From assembly GCA_044229145.1 (NCBI GenBank), contig JBGATO010000045.1, positions 1-31,787 on the forward strand: a stretch of 31,787 nucleotides of DNA, written 5' to 3'. The position numbers were made by a program, and so were the translations under genes. This document shows positions 9,758-17,196 of this stretch, one piece after another. The notes below the pieces were generated by a model that worked only from the letters and a program-made list of their open reading frames with translations, did not search any database and was not told where the DNA came from. The stretch's first letter is position 1. Each line of letters opens with the position of its first letter. Source of the DNA: Candidatus Eiseniibacteriota bacterium. GTDB taxonomy: Bacteria; Eisenbacteria; RBG-16-71-46; CAZEPH01.

Positions 9758-9834
9758 CCCCGTGCTTCCGAACCAGCGTGCGAGGACATGGAGACCTCGC
9801 GCGATCTGTACCCCACACCAAGGAGGAGTCTCTG

Positions 9835-10242
9835 ATGTCTCGCTGGCCCATCTCGCGTAAGCGTGGATTCACGATGATCGAGCTCATGGTGGTGGTGATC
9901 ATCGTCGCCATCCTGTCCGCGATCGCGGTGCCGCTGTACACCGGTTACATCAAGAACTCGCGCAAGAGCGAGGCGACCGCTCGCCTCGGCGCGATCCTCA
10001 CCGCCGCGAAGTCGTACAACCAGGAGAACAGCGGCTGGCCGACCAGTTCGACGGCGAGCGGATTCTACGGCGACTTCACCGGTAGCGACCACTTCACCTA
10101 CTCGCAGACCTCGTCGTCGAGTACGGGCCACTACACCGCCCGTGCGACCGGCAACGGCGTCGACAACATCACCAACTCGATGACGGTGACGATTTCCGCA
10201 GCGGTGGACTCGGCCGCAGCCTACACCTACGCCGGGTTCTAG
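9835..10242 (+). CDS. pilA: Major type IV pilin
   Basis: Class III signal MSRWPISRKRG/FTMIELMVVVIIVAILSAIAVPLY; strong AAGGAGG RBS; a hairpin follows the gene; 124-aa mature protein with no Cys. Confidence 0.88.
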   Translation: MSRWPISRKRGFTMIELMVVVIIVAILSAIAVPLYTGYIKNSRKSEATARLGAILTAAKSYNQENSGWPTSSTASGFYGDFTGSDHFTYSQTSSSSTGHYTARATGNGVDNITNSMTVTISAAVDSAAAYTYAGF

Positions 10243-10250
10243 TTCGCCCC

Positions 10251-10297
10251 TCGCGCTCGCGGGCGGCCGGCCCACCCCGGCCGTTCCGCCGGCGCGA
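10251..10297 (+). terminator. Stem-loop after the major pilin gene (attenuator/stabiliser)
   Basis: GCGGCCGG-CCCACC-CCGGCCGT core, with outer GCGG/CCGC and TCGCGC/GCGCGA arms. Confidence 0.55.
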
Positions 10298-10326
10298 TTC
10301 GGCGTTCCACACGGAGGATCGACACG

Positions 10327-10725
10327 ATGCGCACATCGACGAACGGCACGCGGCACGACCGGCGAGGCGGCTTCTCGCTGATCGAGTTGATGGCGTCGCT
10401 CATCGTGCTCGTCGTGGTGATCGCCGGGATGTCGCAGTTCCTGTACCTCGGCCGCGGCACCTACGACGACGAGGAGCGCAAGCGCACCGCCACCGAGCTG
10501 GCCAACCGGCTGCTCGAGGATCGCCGGGCCCGGCCGTTCACCGACAGCTTGGCGGCGGACACGACGGTCAGCATCGATGCCGTTTCGTACCGCTCGCTGA
10601 TCACCTCGCAGCGCGGCGTGCCGGCCACGTACACGCGTCGCATCACGGTCACCACGTCGTGGTCGTCGACCAAGGGGAAAAGCCGCAACGTGACCTTGGC
10701 GACGTTCATGCCGAACCATCCGTAG
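10327..10725 (+). CDS. Minor pilin (PilV/GspI-like)
   Basis: Prepilin motif RRGG/FSLIELMASLIVLVVVIAG; C-terminal 'RRITVTTSW' strand pattern; GGAGG RBS. Confidence 0.85.
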   Translation: MRTSTNGTRHDRRGGFSLIELMASLIVLVVVIAGMSQFLYLGRGTYDDEERKRTATELANRLLEDRRARPFTDSLAADTTVSIDAVSYRSLITSQRGVPATYTRRITVTTSWSSTKGKSRNVTLATFMPNHP

Positions 10726-10738
10726 GAGATTCGCCCTC

Positions 10739-11254
10739 ATGCAGTCGAGCCGGCGATCATCGAGCATTCCGCCCCCGCGGCGGCGCGTCGCGCGCCGGCG
10801 CGGCTTCACGCTGGTGGAGTTGATGATCTCGTCTCTGCTCATCCTGATCTTCGCCTACGGGGCGGGAAACGCGTACCTGAACTACCTGTCGGCGAAGACG
10901 CGCACCGATGCGAAGCTGCGCCTCCAGACGGATGCCACGCAGGCTGCCGAACAACTGGCAAGGGAGTTTCGCGCCGCGGACAGCGTCAGCATCACCGGCA
11001 CGTACGCGGCCGGCTCGCTGACCGTCGGGACCTACACCAGCGGCACCAGCACCGACGCGATCTATCTCAAGACGGTGAGTTCGCGGAAGTACCTCGTGCA
11101 CAACACCGGCAGCGGCGAACGCACCATCGTGCCGACGCCGCTCGATTCACTGGGAGTGTCCAAGTCCGGCGATCTGGTGCAGATCTACCTCCGGCTTGCC
11201 GACACCACCGGCAACAAGGTCACGACGCTGGCGTCCGCGACTCTGCGGAACTAG
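10739..11254 (+). CDS. Minor pilin (PilW/GspJ-like)
   Basis: Prepilin motif RRRG/FTLVELMISSLLILIF; 'EQLAREFRAA' helix; ends 'ATLRN'; AGGAG RBS. Confidence 0.85.
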   Translation: MQSSRRSSSIPPPRRRVARRRGFTLVELMISSLLILIFAYGAGNAYLNYLSAKTRTDAKLRLQTDATQAAEQLAREFRAADSVSITGTYAAGSLTVGTYTSGTSTDAIYLKTVSSRKYLVHNTGSGERTIVPTPLDSLGVSKSGDLVQIYLRLADTTGNKVTTLASATLRN

Positions 11255-11324
11255 CGCCGCTCGGCGATCCGCCCGCCGGCCTCGGCGACTGGATCGCGTA
11301 TCTCGGGAAGGAGACACGGCCACC

Positions 11325-13157
11325 ATGAAGCTGGCCCGCCCCGCATCCTCGAAGCTGCGTCTGCCGTCGCCTGCTGCGTCGGCGGGGCCACGCTTGCGCG
11401 CGTCGGCCGAGTGGGTGACCGGCGTGGCGCGCGGGCGCGATGGGGTGACCGTGGTGACGCTCGAGCACCGGGGCGACACGCCGGTAGTGCGCGCGGTGGC
11501 GCGCCGCCCGCTCGCCGTGGACGCCGTGCTCGACGAGGTGGCCGATGCCACCCGCGATGCGCTCGCGGATGCCAAGCACCAGGCCGGCCGCACCGGTCGC
11601 GTGGTGGCCGCCATGCCGGCCCGCACGACCGTCATTCGCCAGGCGCAATTCCCGCACCTCGAAACCGGCGAGATGGTCGCCGCCATCCAGGGCGAAGCGC
11701 GCCGCCACATTCCGCTCGACCTGCGCGAGGCCGGCCTCGACTTCCAGGTGGTCGCCCAGGATCAGCAGCAACAGCAGACGCGCGTCGTGCTGGTCGCGGC
11801 GCCGCGCCGCAACATCAACGAGCAGGTCGAAATGCTCGACCGCATCGGTGCCGAGCCGTGGGTGGTGGATGCCAAGCCGCTCGCCGCGATCAACGCGCTC
11901 TTGCGTCAGTCGCCGTTGTCGCCCGAGGAGGCGCTCGGCCTGCTCGAAGTCAGCCCCAAGGGCGCCACGCTGACGCTGGTCACCAACGAAGGCCACCTGC
12001 TGACCCGCGGTGTCGGTCTCGGATACGGCGAACGCGACCCAGGCCTCTCGCCCAAGCCGTTCGATCCCGACGCCGAGACCGTCGAAGAGTCGGCCGCACG
12101 CCAGGCCGCGCGCGCGAGCGAAGTCGGCCGGACGAGCGGCAACGCACTTGCCGGTCCGTCGACGAACGTGCGCCCCGAGGCTCTGGCGGCCAAGCCGGGC
12201 TCGCCGTCGCTCACCAAGGGGCGCCGGACCGTGGACTCCACGCCGGCACCGTCCGGCGTGGCAGGTCTCGAGCGCCTGGCGCAGGACGTGCGCCGCAGCA
12301 TCACCTTCTTCCAGCAGGTGATCGGGCACCGCGCCACCATGCGCTTGTTCGTGGTCGGGACGGCCGAGCGCCGCGAGGAAGTGAGTTCCTATCTGTCGAC
12401 GGTGCTGAGCCTGCCGTGTCTGACGCCGCATCCGCTCGCCGGACTCGAGCAGCCGAACGGTCTCAAGTTGCCCGAGGGTGCCGATGGGGCGTTCGCCGGC
12501 GACACGCTGGTCGCGGTTGGCCTGGCGCTCCGCACCACGACGCGCGGCGATGCGCCGTCGACGACTTTCCGCGTCAACCTCTACATGGAACGCGGCCGCC
12601 GCGAGGCGCGAGCGCGCAAGCGCATGCTGAGCACCGTGGCGGGCAGTGCCTTGGTCATGCTCAACGCCCTGGCGCTCACCTTCCTGCTGCTCGCGACCCA
12701 CACCGTCCAGGGGTACATCAAGGCGGACGCCAAGGAGATCAGCGCGGTCAAGGATCGCACGCAGCGGCTCATCGCCTCCTGCGGCGCGCGCGGTGCGGCG
12801 CGACACACGCTCGACGTGGCACGCTCGAACCGCCCGCTGTGGTCGCCATCGTTGGCCGGCGTCGCGGGTGCCGCGCCGCACGGTCTCACCCTGAGTTCGG
12901 TGTCGTTCGCCGGCGGATTGCCCACCGCGCCGGACGACACCGCCTCCGCGACGCTCACTATCCGCGGTCGTGTCGACGGCGGGGGCGCCGATCCGTACGG
13001 CGTCGTCACGCGGTACGTCGAGTCCCTGCGGCACTCCCCGGCGGTGAAGAACTCGTTCCCGGTGGTGAAGCTGTCGTCGACGTGGGAAGACCACGCGGCC
13101 GGCCCAGTGAGCCGCAACTTCGAGATCTTGTGCGCCAAGAAGGAGGCCGTGCAATGA
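11325..13157 (+). CDS. Fused PilM-PilN alignment protein (GspL-like architecture)
   Basis: PilM-like segments 'EARRHIPLDL..AGLDFQVV', 'VVLVAAPR', 'VVDAKPLAAINAL', 'LAQDVRRSITFF', 'VAVGLALR' run in frame into PilN-like 'FRVNLY', one TM helix and 'PHGLTLSSVSF..LTIRG..RYVESLRHSP'. AAGGAG RBS before ATG11325. Confidence 0.8.
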   Translation: MKLARPASSKLRLPSPAASAGPRLRASAEWVTGVARGRDGVTVVTLEHRGDTPVVRAVARRPLAVDAVLDEVADATRDALADAKHQAGRTGRVVAAMPARTTVIRQAQFPHLETGEMVAAIQGEARRHIPLDLREAGLDFQVVAQDQQQQQTRVVLVAAPRRNINEQVEMLDRIGAEPWVVDAKPLAAINALLRQSPLSPEEALGLLEVSPKGATLTLVTNEGHLLTRGVGLGYGERDPGLSPKPFDPDAETVEESAARQAARASEVGRTSGNALAGPSTNVRPEALAAKPGSPSLTKGRRTVDSTPAPSGVAGLERLAQDVRRSITFFQQVIGHRATMRLFVVGTAERREEVSSYLSTVLSLPCLTPHPLAGLEQPNGLKLPEGADGAFAGDTLVAVGLALRTTTRGDAPSTTFRVNLYMERGRREARARKRMLSTVAGSALVMLNALALTFLLLATHTVQGYIKADAKEISAVKDRTQRLIASCGARGAARHTLDVARSNRPLWSPSLAGVAGAAPHGLTLSSVSFAGGLPTAPDDTASATLTIRGRVDGGGADPYGVVTRYVESLRHSPAVKNSFPVVKLSSTWEDHAAGPVSRNFEILCAKKEAVQ

Positions 13158-13711
13158 CGTCGCCCCGCTGGTCCTTCAGCACCAAGACCGAGCGCATCAC
13201 GCTGGTCGCCGGTCTGACGGTGGTGTTGGCGGTGCTCTACGCCGGCGTCGACCGCTTCGTCTACATGAAGGCGGTGCAGCATCGCGCGGCGTTGCAGACC
13301 GAGGCGACGCAGGCCTGGCACGACTTGTTCGTGGCGCAGTCGCAGGCGCGCCGCGCCGCGCAGGCGCGGGCCTCAGCCACCGACGACGCCATCGCGCTCA
13401 CCACCGATCCCGTGCTCACCGCGCACGCCCAGATTACCGAGTGCGCGCGACAGTACGACATCCACATCATCGCCGTGACGCCCGGCGCGTCGGCGCGCGT
13501 CGGCGACACCTTGCGCACGCCGATCACGCTGACCATCGACGGCACCTATGCCAACGTCGTCCGCTTCCTCGCGCGGGTCGAGAATTCGCCGCTCCTCATG
13601 CAAGTCAACGGCGCGTCGATCGAAACCCAGCCGGGCAGCGGCAGCCGGCTCAACGCGCAGATCGCGATTCTCGTCGTGACCGTGCCGCAACAGGGAGGCT
13701 CGAGCTCGTGA
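13154..13711 (+). CDS. pilO: PilO/GspM-like alignment protein
   Basis: N-terminal TM, coiled coil, 'PITLTIDGTYANVVRFLARVENSPLLMQV'; ATGA overlap; AGGAGG RBS. Confidence 0.82.
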   Translation: MTSPRWSFSTKTERITLVAGLTVVLAVLYAGVDRFVYMKAVQHRAALQTEATQAWHDLFVAQSQARRAAQARASATDDAIALTTDPVLTAHAQITECARQYDIHIIAVTPGASARVGDTLRTPITLTIDGTYANVVRFLARVENSPLLMQVNGASIETQPGSGSRLNAQIAILVVTVPQQGGSSS

Positions 13712-14232
13712 GACGCTCCACGCGCCAGGACACCGTGCCCGCCGTCATCTTGATGGCCGCCGCGACGCTGTTCACCGTCGGGCGCAGCATCATCGTGGCC
13801 CGTGACGGCATGCGGCTCACCCCGCCGGCCGAGATGGCTGCCTCCAACGGCCAGCGTGCCCGCGTGGTGACCGCCTCGAACGGTCCGGACATGAACGCCA
13901 TCAATCACGAACTCGGCGGCGGCGGTGCGATGAAGGCCGCCGAAGTCGAGCCCTCGCCGCTCTCGCCGCCGCCGGTTCCCGCCCAGCCGGTGCGACCGCG
14001 CCCGGCCGCGACGGCGGAAACCGACAAGCCCAAGCCGCCGCGCGAGACCTTGCGCCTCACCGGCATCAGTTCCGACTTCGCCATCCTGCACGATGGAAAT
14101 GGGGATCACTCGCTTCGCATCGGCAGCCGCCTCGGCAGGTACACGCTCCGCCAGATCACCGGATCCTCGGTGATCCTGGAGAGCGACACCGGAGAATCGA
14201 TCACGCTCGGCCTCAGTCGGGCCGATCACTAA
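13708..14232 (+). CDS. PilP/GspC-like protein (hydrophobic N-terminus, Pro-rich linker, HR-like beta domain)
   Basis: Lies between pilO and the secretin; GTGA overlap; C-terminal 'LRLTGIS..AILH.....SLRIGSRLGRYTLRQITGSSVIL'; no lipobox Cys. Confidence 0.65.
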   Translation: MRRSTRQDTVPAVILMAAATLFTVGRSIIVARDGMRLTPPAEMAASNGQRARVVTASNGPDMNAINHELGGGGAMKAAEVEPSPLSPPPVPAQPVRPRPAATAETDKPKPPRETLRLTGISSDFAILHDGNGDHSLRIGSRLGRYTLRQITGSSVILESDTGESITLGLSRADH

Positions 14233-14314
14233 GCGTGCAGGATGCGGTGCCGGATTCCGGCCCGCCGAACCCCTCGCGGCCACGACGGCCGCGGTTTCGC
14301 CCTGGAGGTCATGG

Positions 14315-15574
14315 ATGACACGGCGTTCGAATCACTCCACCCGCCGTCGCTTCGCCGCCGCCGCGTTGGCGGTGTCGCTCCTCGCCCTGCCGATTGCGGT
14401 GTGGGCCGAGACGACGATCGCGCTCGACACCGACAACACCAGCGCGCAGGCGGCGCTCGAGATCATCGCCACCAAGGCGGGGCTCAGCTTGGTCACCAGC
14501 CCGGAGGTACGCGAGAGCAAGGTGACGCTCCACATCAGCGGCGTGAAGGTCGATGACGCGATCGCCCTGGTGACGCGCGCGGCCGGCCTCTCGTACCAGC
14601 GCCTTGGCAACTCGCTGGTGGTCGGCCCGGCCGGCAAGATCGCCGACGGCTCGATGGGTTCGGCGGTGATCCAAGTCCAGCACGCCAACGTCACCGAGCT
14701 CGCCAAACTCTTGAGCGATCTCGGGGCGAAGGTCGCGGGCGATGCGGTCGGCTCGCGCATCCTGGTCACCGGCTCGAGTTCGCAGATCGACCAAGTGCAG
14801 TCGCTGGTGAAGACGCTCGACGTGCCCGGCCGGCAGGTCGAACTGCGCGCACGCTTGGTCGAGGTCAACGAGACCGCCGTCAAGTCGCTCGGCCTCGACT
14901 GGGCGAAGCTGATGTCGTTCACCACGATCCTGTCCGAAGGCATCCCGGGCGCCACCGCGACCTCGCCGGGCGGTACCGAGAACGAGATCGACCAGTTGCC
15001 GCAGCGCCGCGGCTACCGCGACCTCAGCTCGTGGGGCAAGATGTCGCGCCAGTCCGAGCAGTGGAAGGTGACACTCGACGCGCTCATCCAGGACGGCAAC
15101 GCGAAGATCATCTCCGACGTGAAACTGTCCACGCTCAGCGACCAGCCGGCCACGGTGCACGTCGGTGACGTCGTCCCGTACGTGGTCACCGGTCCGCCGA
15201 CCACCGGCGGCGTCGTGACCTACAGCGTCGAACGGCAGCAGGTCGGTGTGGCGCTCAAGATCGTGCCGAAGGTCACCGCGAGCGGCGAGATCCTCACCAC
15301 CATCGAACCGACCGTCAGCTCGATCGTCGGCTTCCGCGGCCCGGACGCCTCGCTGCCGCAGACCAAGGAACGCAGCGCGACGACGCAGGTGATGGTGAAG
15401 GACGGCGAGACCATCGTGATCGCCGGCCTCCAGCAGGACGAGACCACCGAGACCGTCGACAAGGTGCCGCTGCTCGGCGACATCCCGGTGCTCGGCAAGC
15501 TCTTCCAGCACTACAAGAAGGGTGTGAACAAGACGAACTTGGTCATCGAGGTCACGCCGCGCATCTTGCAGTAG
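14315..15574 (+). CDS. pilQ: Outer-membrane secretin (PilQ/GspD family), compact
   Basis: Signal peptide; N0-like and N3-like domains; 'LDVPGRQVELRARLVEV....KSLGLDW', 'VGVALKIVPKV', 'TQVMVKDGETIVIAGL', 'KVPLLGDIPVLGKLF', 'VTPRIL'. Confidence 0.92.
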   Translation: MTRRSNHSTRRRFAAAALAVSLLALPIAVWAETTIALDTDNTSAQAALEIIATKAGLSLVTSPEVRESKVTLHISGVKVDDAIALVTRAAGLSYQRLGNSLVVGPAGKIADGSMGSAVIQVQHANVTELAKLLSDLGAKVAGDAVGSRILVTGSSSQIDQVQSLVKTLDVPGRQVELRARLVEVNETAVKSLGLDWAKLMSFTTILSEGIPGATATSPGGTENEIDQLPQRRGYRDLSSWGKMSRQSEQWKVTLDALIQDGNAKIISDVKLSTLSDQPATVHVGDVVPYVVTGPPTTGGVVTYSVERQQVGVALKIVPKVTASGEILTTIEPTVSSIVGFRGPDASLPQTKERSATTQVMVKDGETIVIAGLQQDETTETVDKVPLLGDIPVLGKLFQHYKKGVNKTNLVIEVTPRILQ

Positions 15575-15599
15575 CGCGCGATACGCACTCGGCGGCGAC

Positions 15600-15633
15600 G
15601 CGGGCGTCTCGGGGTTCCTCCCGGGGCGCCCGC
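15600..15633 (+). terminator. Stem-loop closing the pilus cluster
   Basis: GCGGGCGTCTCGGG-GTTCCT-CCCGGGGCGCCCGC; its G-U pairs favour the + strand; weak U-tract. Confidence 0.5.
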
Positions 15634-15652
15634 CGCGCGTTGGGGGCGCCGG

Positions 15653-15681
15653 TTGTGAGGGGCGCGCGGCTCTGCTAGCGT
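15653..15681 (+). promoter_or_regulatory. Putative sigma-70 promoter of selA(-smc)
   Basis: TTGTGA(15653-58)-17 bp-TAGCGT(15676-81). The extended -10 TGCTAGCGT is identical to that of the liv promoter. Confidence 0.5.
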
Positions 15682-15710
15682 CGTGGCGTCGGACTTGGGA
15701 GGAGGACGTC

Positions 15711-17129
15711 GTGGGCACTTCGGCACTGCGTGGCTTACCGTCGGTCGAGACGCTGCTGCAGCACCCGGCGGTAGCGGCGCTCGTCGCGCGCTCGCCGCGG
15801 CCGTGGGTGGCGGAGGTGGTGCGGAGCGCACTGGCAGCCGAACGGGTGCGCCTCGCGGCGACGCACGCCGAGGTCGCGCCCTCGCTCGACGTGCTGGCCG
15901 AGGCGGTGCTGCGTCACGCGCACGTGTCTGCGCCGGGCCCACGCCGCGTCATCAACGCCACCGGCATCATCCTCCACACCAATCTTGGCCGTGCGCCGCT
16001 CAGCGCGGCCGCCGCCGACGCCGCGCGCGAGGCGGCGCTGCACTACTCGACGCTCGAGTTCGATCTGGCGCGCGGGGCGCGCGGCTCGCGGCAAGTACAC
16101 GCCGCGGGCTTGCTCACGTTGCTGACCGGTGCCGAGGCGGCGCTGGTGGTCAACAACAACGCCGCCGCCGTGCTGCTCGCGCTGCGCGCGGTGGCCGCCG
16201 GCCGCGAGGTCATCGTGTCGCGCGGCCAACTGGTGGAGATCGGGGGCTCGTTCCGCTTGCCGGACATCATGGGCGTCTCCGGCGCGCGTCTCGTCGAGGT
16301 CGGGACGACCAACCGCACGCACCCCGCCGACTATCGCCGCGCGCTCGGGCCCGACACCGCGGCGCTGCTCTTCGTCCATCGCAGCAACTTCCGCCAGAGC
16401 GGTTTCACCGCCGACGTGTCACTCGAGGAGATGGTGGCGATCGGTCGCGAAGGCGGCGTGCCGGTCATCGCCGATCTCGGCAGCGGCACGTTGCTCGATC
16501 CGCGCGCGCACGGCCTGCCCGTGGAACCGACGCCGATGGACGCGCTGCGCGCCGGCGTGGATCTCGCGATGATCTCGGGCGACAAGTTGCTCGGCGGCCC
16601 GCAGGCCGGCATCGTGGTGGGGAAGGCGGCGTGGATCGCGCGGCTTGCCAAGGACCCGCTGATGCGTGCGGTGCGGCCGGACAAGATGACGCTCGCCGCA
16701 CTGGTGGCCACGCTGGAGGCGTACCTGGAGCCGGAGCGGGCGCTCGCCGCATTGCCGGCGCTGGCCGCGCTCACCGCGTCCGCCGGCGATCTGCAGCACC
16801 GCGCCGAGGCGCTCGCCGCCGCCTGCCGCGCCGCTCTCGGGCCGGCCTTCGACGTCGAGGTGCTGCCGGAGGAGTCCGGGACGGGCGGCGGAGCACTTCC
16901 CGAAGTCTCTCTGCCTACGTCAGTTGTGGCGATTTCTTCGCGTCGGATCGGCGCCGCGGCGGGGGAGGCCGCGCTGCGCCGCGCCCCGGTGCCCGTCATC
17001 GTCCGGGTCAAGGACGGCCGGCTCCTTCTCGACCCGCGCACGATTTTGCCGGACGAACTCGGCGGGTTGCCCTCCATTTTGTCGGAGGCGCTTGGTAGTC
17101 TGTCAGCACTCGATGGTGACGGCCCGTAG
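15711..17129 (+). CDS. selA: L-seryl-tRNA(Sec) selenium transferase
   Basis: 'VINATGIILHTNLGRAPL', 'VVNNNAAA', 'SRGQLVEIGGSFRLPD', 'EVGTTNRTH', PLP-Lys motif 'SGDKLLGGPQAG'; GGAGGAGG RBS. Confidence 0.96.
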   Translation: MGTSALRGLPSVETLLQHPAVAALVARSPRPWVAEVVRSALAAERVRLAATHAEVAPSLDVLAEAVLRHAHVSAPGPRRVINATGIILHTNLGRAPLSAAAADAAREAALHYSTLEFDLARGARGSRQVHAAGLLTLLTGAEAALVVNNNAAAVLLALRAVAAGREVIVSRGQLVEIGGSFRLPDIMGVSGARLVEVGTTNRTHPADYRRALGPDTAALLFVHRSNFRQSGFTADVSLEEMVAIGREGGVPVIADLGSGTLLDPRAHGLPVEPTPMDALRAGVDLAMISGDKLLGGPQAGIVVGKAAWIARLAKDPLMRAVRPDKMTLAALVATLEAYLEPERALAALPALAALTASAGDLQHRAEALAAACRAALGPAFDVEVLPEESGTGGGALPEVSLPTSVVAISSRRIGAAAGEAALRRAPVPVIVRVKDGRLLLDPRTILPDELGGLPSILSEALGSLSALDGDGP

Positions 17130-17196
17130 AGCCTGAGGTACCCCCGCTCCGGAGCCGCGCCGCGGAACCTGCATGTCGTCCTCCGGAAAGGGCCCG

